Of a stretch of 64,000 nt of DNA, positions 37,495 through 45,872 are shown one piece after another (positions within the stretch are counted from its first letter, which is position 1; each line of letters starts with the position of its first letter). Location of the stretch: positions 76,012,001 through 76,076,000 of the forward strand of contig NC_134469.1 in assembly GCF_964194025.1 (NCBI RefSeq), in the 5' to 3' direction. The stretch comes from Convolutriloba macropyga (taxonomy: Eukaryota). The position numbers were made by a program, and so were the translations under genes. The notes under the pieces were generated by a model. It ran no database searches. It was given only the letters and a program-made list of their open reading frames with translations, and was not told the DNA's origin.

Positions 37495-40400
37495 GACGCA
37501 GTATTAGTTAAGGAATGTTTTGTACTAGGTAGTTGAATAATAGTTACTCACAGAGTACACTTAGTTGTTTTTGTTCACTTTACTTTTTTGTTTCAGGGTG
37601 AATGCAAATCGGGGTACTGATTTCAGTCACCACCAAACTAAAATGAGCAAAAATACAGTAGTAATAGTTCGTAGTTTTTTTTAATAGCCGCCCTCCTTAT
37701 TGTGCTCCTTTTTTTACAATTCAAAGAATTAGAATTTGAATCGAGTGGTTTTACGGCGTGAAATTTTTTTACTTTAACTTTAAGTTTCCCGCAATTGCTT
37801 TCTGAACAAATTGTTTATTTTTTGGGAGATTTGGCTTTAGAAGTTTCTCGCAGTATTAGTTAAAGAATGTTATGTACTAGTTACTTGAATAATAGTTGGT
37901 CACAGAGTACACTGTTGTTTTTGTTCACTTTACTTTTTTGTTTCAAGGAGAAGGCAAATCTGAGTACTGATTCAGTCACCACAAAAGTAAAATGAGCAAA
38001 AAGAGTAGTAATAATTCGTAGTTTATTTAATAGCCGCCCTCAGCCGGCTATTATTACGCTCTTTTTACAATTCAAAGAATTAGAATTTGAATCGAGTGGT
38101 TTTGCGGCGTGAAATTTTTTCATTTTAATTTTAAAGTAGAATGTGCAAAAATTCGCTTTCTCACTAGTGGTTTTTTTTTCGTTCACACACCGTATTTTGA
38201 CATTGATTTTGTTTTTTTTTTTATTTTTTGATCTGATTTTTCTGGAAATGGTTTTCTCAATTCACTCATAGTCCGTTCTAGGTCTAGGAGTCGCCTGGAC
38301 TTTTCCTGCTTTGTTGTTTTTACTTCGTCGAAAAAAAATTTATCGCTTTACCTTAGTTCCCAGCTTGTTCAACATTTTGCGTGAAATCTTTTTGACTTCG
38401 CTAGGTTAGTTTCACTCTTCTCTCATTCTGCTAAAAGTGTTTTTAATTGCTCTTGAACGAAGTTCATAGCAATTATTGTAAACGTGTGGGCCTTTTTAAT
38501 GCAAATTTTTCGCTGGACAATTTTGCTAGAACATTCATTGACTGCTCAACTGACTTTTTTACGCTTTCGTTCATCATTTTTGAGTGATCTCTATTGTTCT
38601 CTCCGAAGTAAAGCTTGTTGCTAATATATAATCGGTTGCTGTTTAGGATAATCAGTGAAACATGTCGCAGTGGTTAGTGGGGGTGGCTCTGGATCGGGAG
38701 GTCAAGGGTCGAATCCCGTCGAGGCCAAGGTTTTTTGCACCCATAAAGAAAATGATTTAGGCCACAGAGCTTGAATTAAATCGCCTCGCCTGTCGTTCAA
38801 GAGCAATTCTTCCGATATTTGTCGGTTTATGTTTAGACAGCAGTTGCTCAGCAACGCATTTCAAAATGAACAGAGTCAGTAGTCAGTATCAAAAAACGAA
38901 ATCAGAAATAGAAACGGGATAAATCCTTAAAGTCCAATTTTAGATGCCCATTACTCAAACTGTTTTCGTAGTTACCATCTCTAATTCTTATTGGTAGCGA
39001 TACTAGCCCTTGTGTTGTCTCACTACGATGCACGAGTATGTTCAGCTCCAAAATAACATCAAAATAGTTCGCACTTTAAAATTCTTTGTGTATAAATTTT
39101 TTTTTGTCATTAGTTTTTTCTCTTCTTTCAATCCCAATTTTGGTTATGGGAATCAACGGTGGCTGTTTTCCGAGAATCTGCCTGGTATATTTTAAATTGT
39201 TCTCGAAAAACTTTGAAGCGATTATTGTAAATGTGTGTCTATGCTATTTTTTTTCTCTTGATCTTTTGAACCGGATGGCATTAACGTCGAGGAGACTTAG
39301 AACCTTATGCTTTTAATAGTCTCCAGGTAGCCGAATCACTGACACTGTTGAAGAGACGTAAATAATTCAGGGTTTGAGTGGCGGCTCTTGCAAAGTTACC
39401 CTTACTCTACATCCTTACTCCACATCTACCTCATTCTAACTAGCCTGTAAGCTCGGCTCCCTTGAGACGCCCCATCCCTTTTGCTTAAAAAATCTTTTTA
39501 GTTGCTCTTGGACAAAGTTCATAGGAATTAGTTTAAATGTGTTGGTCTTTTTTATGCAATTTTTTTGCTTGACCGGTTTTGCGCTTTTTTCTAGAACATT
39601 GTTTGACTTCTCAAGTGACTTTTTCACGCTTTCGTTCTTCATTTTTGAGTGATCTCTATTGCTATCACTCCGAAGTAAAGCTTGTTGCTAATAAAATATC
39701 GGTAGCAGCATAGCATCAATTAGGGACTGATGGCCGAGTAGGTAGTGCTTCTGGTTTGGAATCGGGACGTTAAGGGTTTGTATCGCCGAGTGGTCAAATT
39801 TTTTTCCATTCGCTTGTCGTTCGAGAGCAATTCTTGCGACATTAATCAGTTTATTATAGCTGCGAAGCTGTAAGCTGAGCGGAGCTATATTGCGGTGCTC
39901 TTGGTTTTTGATTTGAATTATATTGGGGCGCTGTCTTTTTTAAGATTTTTGCAACTGGTTTTTCCAATTCACTTGAATTGTACGTCAGGACTTGTCATGC
40001 TATAGTTTTGTAAGATGTTCACACATTTTCATGATTTTTGAAGTCAAATTGGAGTAGTGATTTTGGTCACACCGAAACAGGAAGTGGAGAGAAAAAGCGA
40101 GTGGATTTGCAGCGTGAATTTTTTTCGCTCAAAGTTTAAAGTGGAGTGAGAAAACGGTGTTTGAACAGAAATTCGCTTTCTCGCTAGTGGTTTTTTGTTC
40201 ATATACAGCAATTTCACTTTGATTTTTACTGTTTTTTATAATTTTTTGGATAGGATTTTTTTCTAAATGGTTTTTCCAATCTATTCATAGTCCGTTCTAG
40301 GTCTAGTTTTCTGTTTAGTCAGTGAAAATTCTTTGAATTGTATGTCAGGACTTGTCCTGCTATGTTTTTTTGTTTCGTCGTCTGACGCTCTTTTTTCGTT

Positions 40401-41270
40401 TTACATTTGTTCACACTTCAAAGCTAAAAAGTCAAATTTTCTGAATGACTTCTTTCTCTCACTAACTGCTTTTGCGCGCGTGACGTCATTTCTCACTCTC
40501 TCTAGCAAACGTTTTTTTGCGTGATTAGATTTTGATCATAAGTGACTTACCTCACTCAATAAAATGACTTTTGCACTTTAAAATTTAAGTTTATTCTGAA
40601 TTAGTTTAAGGTCAAAGGAACTCTTATGTGTAATAAGGGTCCCTAATGAAAAGGCTTCTGCGCAATGAATTTTGACAAGCTTTATTAATTTATTGTGTAA
40701 TTTTTTTTTCATAGCTTTTTGAGTGGCGTCGATAACTTTTTCAACTTATATCTGTATCTGTTTCTATGTCTATCATACAGCACGCAAGTCTATTCTTTCG
40801 CAGCTATTCCGGCGATCTGCCGGCTATGTTGTTCAATAGTACTACATTATTTTAAACACTTTCCGGTTATTTGGCGGAAAGTTTTTTATTAAACCCGTGA
40901 AGTATTAAGGTTTGGAATTGTTTGATGATATCTGAGAAACATGACTTGCATAAACAGTACTAATGAAACATTAATAATTTATATTTTGTCTCATAGGGAA
41001 GGAATAATATTGGGCACTGTGGCATCCCTTGAAATGAACAATAGAACTGTGGACTCGGCCAGGCAAGGATCAGATGTGTGCCTCAAAATTGAGAACACAA
41101 CTGGCGAGGCGCCCAAACTTTACGGACGACATTTTGATTCCACCGATTTGCTGATGAGCAAACTATCTCGCGAATCAATTGACGCCTTGAAAGATCACTT
41201 TCGCGATGAAATGACCAAAAACGACTGGCTTCTCGTCAAAGAGCTGAAAGCGGTCTTCCGAATTGTTTGA
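4154..41270 (+). CDS. EIF5B: Eukaryotic translation initiation factor 5B (IF2 family GTPase), 14 coding exons, ~1194 aa
   Basis: Phase-consistent GT-AG exons: 4154-4289, 8313-8555, 13865-14268, 14612-14925, 15231-15830, 24969-25111, 25470-25661, 26226-26597, 27007-27156, 27499-27638, 33907-34099, 34540-34680, 34918-35200, 40997-41270 (3585 nt). Long K/E-rich N-terminus; G1 [11 protein letters not shown]; [16 protein letters not shown]; [37 protein letters not shown]; ALNKIDR; TSAHTGDG; [19 protein letters not shown]; [12 protein letters not shown]; C-terminal [25 protein letters not shown]. Confidence 0.97.
4320..5340 (+). mobile_element. Family A Helentron/HINE-like element with a second family A element (4366-4883) nested in it
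   Basis: 5' ATAGCCGC..GGCTATT palindrome; 3' GCGGCTATTTT-CCGGCAatcTGCCGG-TATGTT. The outer element is colinear with the uninterrupted copy at 53181-53681. Confidence 0.75.
9310..9790. repeat. Diverged interspersed repeat, second copy at ~11320-11680
   Basis: Shared blocks CCGAGCG.ATTGA.TCCCTGT.CAGCTCG and CTTTTATAC.TTTGATGAAATCATGAAAAAA. Confidence 0.6.
10036..10198. mobile_element. ~160-bp MITE, GGATC..GATCC termini, 8-bp TSD (Merlin- or MULE-like)
   Basis: TIR GcATCTTTTCCGTTTGTG / CACAATCGGAAAAGATCC; TSD AACTTCTA/AACATCTA. Confidence 0.8.
10246..10798 (+). mobile_element. Diverged family A HINE-like element
   Basis: AATAGCCGAGAAGCTATAGCGGCTA 5' end; interior homologous to 48180-48744; decayed 3' hairpin. 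Confidence 0.6.
11900..12298 (+). mobile_element. Family B HINE-like element with C-rich core
   Basis: 5' AATTGCTCTCAAAAGAAGTTTGTAGCAAT; 3' GTCGTTTCAGAGCAATT followed by hairpin CCGAAgttaGTCGG and a T-run. Confidence 0.7.
12610..13729 (+). mobile_element. Family A HINE-like element (tRNA-like cargo) interrupted by a family C element at 12662-13318
   Basis: Colinear with the intact copy 17133-17603. The insert has ACGACTCGAA...TTCGAGTCGT subterminal inverted repeats and a CCGGTAtttTACCGG hairpin; no TSD. Confidence 0.78.
13500..13577 (+). pseudogene. tRNA-like (Asn GTT-like) cassette, paralogue of 17371-17451
   Basis: GGTCCGACTGCCGAGTGGTTAAGG..GGCTGTTAATC..GTTCGAGCC followed by T6. Confidence 0.6.
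17133..18878 (+). mobile_element. Two adjacent family A HINE-like elements (17133-17603 with tRNA-like cargo; 17607-18878 with an internal ~188-bp duplication)
   Basis: ATAGCTGC...GCAGCTAT and ATAGC...GGCTAT termini, each ending in the CCGGCA/TGCCGG hairpin plus TATGTTT. Confidence 0.75.
17371..17451 (+). pseudogene. tRNA-like (Asn GTT-like) cassette in a family A element; not a canonical tRNA
   Basis: A-box-like CAGCCGAGTGG, loop GGCTGTTAATCC, B-box GGTTCGAGAC, T7 run; acceptor stem does not pair. Confidence 0.65.
19604..20100 (-). repeat. 3' LTR of the gypsy element (497 bp)
   Basis: Preceded on the minus strand by a polypurine tract; TG..CA ends. Confidence 0.93.
20101..23965 (-). pseudogene. 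Fragmented gag-pol of the gypsy element
   Basis: Gag with degenerate zinc knuckle ([14 protein letters not shown]), protease [21 protein letters not shown] / [10 protein letters not shown] / FQDDILV, RNase H TTDAS / [14 protein letters not shown], integrase HETHPG..CKNC / SDNGPEF / NGLAERAVQ. Split by many stops and frameshifts; 24-bp internal duplication (DEEIIPKT x2). Confidence 0.92.
24000..24492 (-). repeat. 5' LTR of the gypsy element (493 bp)
   Basis: Direct repeat of 19604-20100 with about 28 substitutions and 3 indels by hand count; PBS adjacent. Confidence 0.93.
25388..25501 (+). repeat. Perfect 57-bp tandem duplication spanning the acceptor and start of eIF5B exon 7
   Basis: 25388-25444 is identical to 25445-25501. 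Confidence 0.95.
28691..31875 (-). mobile_element. Family D long non-autonomous HINE-like element (~3.2 kb)
   Basis: GTTCCGACC (28724) / GGTCGGAAC (31865) inverted pair; perfect 16-bp palindrome ATGTGCGTACGCACAT at 28705-28720; CCCAC-TAAA-GTGGG at the other end. The same ends occur near 1130-1149 and 42221-42263. No ORF of note. Confidence 0.65.
28834..29405. mobile_element. Foldback-type element with tandem subrepeats, nested in family D
   Basis: Left arm made of TTTCACCCC/TCTATC units (28845-28935); reverse-complement arms GATAGAGGGGTGAAA at 29115-29220 and again at 29290-29395. Confidence 0.6.
32620..33657 (+). mobile_element. Family B element (3' end at 33027) followed by a family A element (33028-33657) containing an inverted duplication
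   Basis: GTTTGAGAGCAATTCGCCCGACGTTAGTTGGTTATGTTT abuts AATAGCCGCCCTCATC; homologous to 4366-4883. Confidence 0.68.
33268..33581. repeat. Imperfect ~314-bp palindrome
   Basis: 33268-33419 versus reverse complement of 33431-33581. Confidence 0.88.
34198..34353. mobile_element. Same MITE family, in eIF5B intron 11
   Basis: Perfect 8-bp TSD GAAAGGTG on both sides; decayed TIRs; shared core. Confidence 0.78.
36461..36984. repeat. ~261-bp tandem duplication containing a family B 3' end
   Basis: Units start at 36461 and 36722; few differences. Confidence 0.9.
37409..37493. repeat. (CA)n/(TA)n microsatellite
   Basis: Direct observation. Confidence 0.9.
37497..38135. repeat. ~352-bp diverged tandem duplication containing a family A 5' end
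   Basis: CGCAGTATTAGTTAA...CACAGAGTACAC at 37497 and 37849. Confidence 0.8.
38656..38736 (+). pseudogene. tRNA-like cassette in a family B element
   Basis: TGTCGCAGTGGTTAG A-box, GGTCGAATCCC B-box, T6 run. Confidence 0.55.
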
Positions 41271-41888
41271 GGAAGCTACAATTGGCGGTCGATTTATACT
41301 GAGATGATGGTTATCGGATAGCAACAAGGCGTTTGAGTTAAATGCGACAGATTTGACGAGATCTATTATTTGTGGTTCTGTGTACAGATGCTTTGTATAG
41401 ACAGTGATAGTTAATATGACGCTTTACTATTTTTTTCGTTGGATATAGTGGTTCGTGATTTCCAATTTAATTTTAATGACGGTGCTTTTAATTTCTGTTT
41501 TGTTCATTGGTGTAGTTGGCAGTCTTTAATTTAATGTTGATAGCCGATCCATGTGCGTGCCTGTTTTGGCTCAGAAGCAAATTGAATCGAAACCTCCTCG
41601 CAGCTTAGAGCTCTATGAGCAGCCGTAATCAATTTTCCATAAAGTAAAACTGTGGGTGTTGTTTCACTTCCAAGAGCAATTGGTTTTCAGGATCTTAAAA
41701 TATTTAGCAGTTATGCGGTCTTGAGCATTGTTTTTCCAATAGGTTGTTTTTGCGGCTTGATATATCCTTTGGTATTGTATTGTATTGAGTTGTGAATAAT
41801 TGATTTCAGCGTATTTTGAATCGCTTTTCCGAATTTTGAAAAAAATACAACGTCAAAGGGAATTTAAAACCCTCAAATTTTACGAGTT

Positions 41889-41962
41889 TTCATTCGGATT
41901 TCTGGTACGGTCAATTTCATAGGGATGCAAATGAAATTGATCGTACCAGAAATCCGAATGAA
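41889..41962. other. 32-bp stem / 10-nt loop hairpin downstream of eIF5B
   Basis: TTCATTCGGATTTCTGGTACGGTCAATTTCAT - AGGGATGCAA - ATGAAATTGATCGTACCAGAAATCCGAATGAA; one G:T pair. Confidence 0.85.
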
Positions 41963-42220
41963 TAGAGTACATTAAGTTGACATCGGGTTTTTCTGGTAAG
42001 TTACCATTATTACGTTTTATCTCAATATGTATACAAGAACATTAGTGTAGAAAACCGATTATGAGAATTTTTTTTTAAAAGTTTTGCAGAATTTGGTGCA
42101 GTTTTAGGTCCAAAATTAAATTTCTGTAAAACAGCTTGCTAACTTAATTTTGAAGTCGGTTTAGTTACCAACTAAAATTCTATAGAAATGCCGACGATCA
42201 GTCCGTCCTCAGGTTCAACC

Positions 42221-44036
42221 AAAGAGGCTCGGTAATGTGCGTTTGCGCATAATGTTTCGACCGAAACTACTACTTTTTGACTTAATTGTCTAACAAATGA
42301 GCAAGAGATGGAAATCGTTCTCAAATTCATTTACTATCCATTTAAAAAATCGCTTTAAGTTCAAGCCCCTATACAAATTAAACAATAACTCACTAGAGAG
42401 CCGATGATACTTAACATTAAGGACAGCAAGAGACAAGACAAACAAACAAAAATAAAAAGAAACAAGCATTACTTAAGACCAAAAATCAATGGCATTTATT
42501 TAAAAAAAACTGAATGAAAGTCAAATTATCATCAGATACAAAATAAAATAAACCAATTGACTTGAATTTCACCGGAAATGATTTGAGACCTGTCTTTGTT
42601 GAGACTAATCTACAAGTAGACAAGAAACAAAAAGAGCAAATTCAAAAAAAGTGTAACTTTTTGAAAACAATTAAAACAATTAAAGTCATGAAAACCATAA
42701 GCTATCAACTGGAATCTTTTAATGGCTTCACTTATATCTTCATACCAAACCTTTAATACCTCTCATTATCCAGAATTTGATAAATACAGAAAGAACAAAT
42801 ACAGGCAAAAATCTCAGTCAATACAATTTTGCGAGGAAACGGTGTCGAAGCCTAAAAAGTCGTAATCTACTATTGAACGCACACTCATGCACCTTCCTTG
42901 AAAGGCCCTTAATGTGATGTGTGACTTGTCACTAATGTGACTTAAATGTGAGAATCGGACAAGCCGACAAGGCAGCAAAAAGGAACCTCAAAGTTTGGAA
43001 AATGTCCAAAAACAAAATGTTATGAAAACTTGTCGAATACACAACCACATGCCATTATTTAAAAGACAAAACTGCAATGGAGAATACGTTTTAATTCTTT
43101 TGGAAGGCAATGCGACTTCTCTTTTGGCCGAGACTACGCTGAAATGTTGCAGAAAAAAATGAATTTGCGAACTCAAAAAAACCGTTTAAGCTTTGAAACC
43201 ATAAGTCAAAAAACCAAGTTTTCAACTAAAATGAATTTTTAGATTGACTTATTGCTACCCAAGGAGCCAATTGGACATGTCATTAGTTAGACTAAATCAT
43301 AATGACAACGAATACAGACAGTACTCAAGAGTTGACAAACAATTTTAGGCAAATGGTGTTGATGCCAAAAAACCATAAGCTGTTGGCTGAAATTTTTCTT
43401 TTTCATGGCCTTCGTTTACACTTAATGCGACACGTCAGTAACTGAGCTTTGATTTAAAATCAGTCTGGTCTGTAACTAAAATAGAATTTTGCAAAAAAGT
43501 TTTAAAAAAGTGCGTCGTAAACGTCCACAACCTGACCAAAACTCACCGTAATCTTGCTGCTGGCGTCCATTAAAAAAAGTTGTTCAAAATGGTACCGAAA
43601 TAGCTAAATTTACCAAAAGTCAATACATTAAATATAATTAATATATTTTGGTTGGATACTTATCGAGTTATATAAGCGAAAACCCATTCTATCAACTGAA
43701 GATCCTAGAAAGTTCTTTAAAAAGCAACTTCGATGACAATTTAGACATTTGATCGAATGACTTACTTTGAGACCAAAAAAATCAGCAACTGCTTGCAAAA
43801 CTCAATTATTCATTAAAAATTTACGAAAACAGTTTTTGGAGCCATGAAAACCGTCAGTTTTACTCGGACAACACAATATTCATTGGGAATCATTTCAACA
43901 TAAACGGGACCTCTAACTAATTGACTCTTTGAAAACTAATTTATACTAATTGAAGACAGAATTTCCGGTTATTGGTATGAAGAAATTTCGAAAAATATTT
44001 TCAAGGCCAGACTCAAATTAAAGTTGATCGGAACAA
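42221..44036 (-). mobile_element. Family D element between eIF5B and B3GAT
   Basis: GAGGCTCGGTAATGTGCGTTTGCGCAT..GTTTCGACC end shared with 28694; other end GATCGGAACAA; internal blocks similar to 29420-30220. Confidence 0.6.
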
Positions 44037-44224
44037 TTAAGATTTTTGTTCTTAGTATGGTTACGGCAACTGTTTGCTGATATAAATGATCTGTTTTTAT
44101 GGGAAATTTTTATACATGACCTTAGATCATTTGAAGCAAATGTGTTCAACTTGAGAAAATCTTTGAAGTCAGTTGAGGGCTTCAAACTATAATCGACAAG
44201 CCAATCAATTAATTCTACTCTATT

Positions 44225-44982
44225 GCAATTTTTTATGCAATGTTTTGCTCGACCAATTTGACATTTCAATTGATTTTCCAGTTTTTCTTATTGATTTTGT
44301 GTAATTTAAATAGCACTCCTAATTTAAATAGGATTTTATAGTGTTGAATTTCGTGTGCAGCTTTTTTGCTTGACGGTTTTGACTTTTAAAATGACTTTGT
44401 TAGGCGTAACTTTCAATTTTTTGATCCTAAGTTTCAATTATTAAATTGAAGACCACACCGGCTGAAGCTGGGTTAAATTATATAGAGCCATCAGCCGCTT
44501 GAGAGCAATTTTCCGAAGTTAGTTGGTTATTTTAATTTGAAATGCTCATATGAGCAGTATAAGGTTAACTTGCAATTTTTGTTCGTAAACTCTCAGTACT
44601 CAATCCATTCAAAATTGTTTTGAAAAGTGCCTCTCCCAATTGAGTTTTAGAATCTTCGCAGGAACCTCTTTAACTTTAATATGATTCTTTTAACTAGTTG
44701 TATGGCTCTGGAGTACTCCTGTTTTAAAAAATTATTTGCTCCCGAAAGAAAATGAAGCAATTGTTTAAGTTCTCTATCGGTTTTACGTCCTTCACGGGTG
44801 TTAACTGCTCTCAAACGAAGTTTGTAGCAATTATATTAGTACTCTCGGCCTTTTTTATACGAATTTTCGCTTGACCAATTAAGCTAAAGTTAGCCTCACT
44901 AAACCGTGCCTAGCTACTGACGAAGCCAACCGCTCTCCGGTCGTTAGAGAGCAATTTGCCCGACGTTAGTCGGTTATGTTTT
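44225..44982 (+). mobile_element. Two short family B elements (3' ends at ~44530 and 44982)
   Basis: TGCTCTCAAACGAAGTTTGTAGCAATT ... GTCGTTAGAGAGCAATTTGCCCGACGTTAGTCGGTTATGTTT. Confidence 0.65.
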
Positions 44983-45038
44983 CAATATAAGTGGAGTGTT
45001 TTTTCAATTTAAGTTGAATGTTTTGTCAATATAAGTGG

Positions 45039-45404
45039 AGTGTTTTTTTTAAATATAAGTGGAGTGTTTTTTCCTGAATCTGCTTAAATTTAATTTATGC
45101 GTAGTCGGCAAGTGACAAATTATTCAAGAAGATCAAGTGATAATATTGTTGTTGCGAATTGTATGTCTGTGGTCTAACTTTAAATAATGCAATTGTAATT
45201 TGTCGGTTTTTAAACCCTTATATTTTGAAGCAAGAAACATTTAAAAACCGACAAATTACAATTGCATTATTCAAAGTTAGACCACAGACATACAATTCGC
45301 AACAACAATATTATCACTTGAATAATTTGTCATTTGCCGACTACGCATAAATTAAATTTGAGCAGATTCAGGAAAAAACACTCCACTTATATTAAAAAAA
45401 CACT
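45039..45404. repeat. Long near-perfect palindrome (arms ~165-175 bp, 25-nt spacer)
   Basis: 45039-45214 is the reverse complement of 45240-45404 apart from one 9-bp indel and a few mismatches. Confidence 0.93.
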
Positions 45405-45872
45405 AATTAATCTAAGCAAAACTGCGTCTTCGACTTTTCTTAAATTAGCAAAACAATTATGACAAAACAAAACTTCATGAATTTTTTCCATTTCTGTACC
45501 GTTCAGCACCGTAGAGGTTCCAGCACCGTACAGGTTCTTCTCTGAACAGTCTGTCGTCTATATTTTCCGCAATAGTTCAGTGCAATAAACATGACTCTTG
45601 TGCCCGATGCTGTCATATGCTTCGATTCAAGAGATCAAGACTCATTGACGGCGGTCATCTCAGATATTGATATATAATTCCAATTTTGAAAATTGAGCTT
45701 ATTGGATAGTAGGAGGAGGATAATGTGCGTGTTCCATGGCCAACGCAAACATCGCGCAGAGCCAGATTGCGTCTAAGAATATCCTCAGGTTGTTAGAGCA
45801 AATGCGCGTTATTGTCAGCTGATATGTGAAGATAAGAAAGAACCGCTCACTCGTGATGTTATTGTTTTACGT

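Larger units (their letters stand above)
35425..40830 (+). mobile_element. Nested cluster of family A and B HINE-like elements filling eIF5B intron 13
   Basis: A-type 3' ends at ~36282, 36355, 36423, 39160, 40800; B-type 3' ends at ~36592, 36853, 38792, 39817; several 5' ends; tRNA-like cassettes at 38656 and 39724. Confidence 0.72.

Noticed and set aside
45690-45830. Additional B3GAT coding exon on the minus strand
   Set aside because: The CDS already terminates at 45873 after VWHTQT; this short open stretch has no GT43 similarity.
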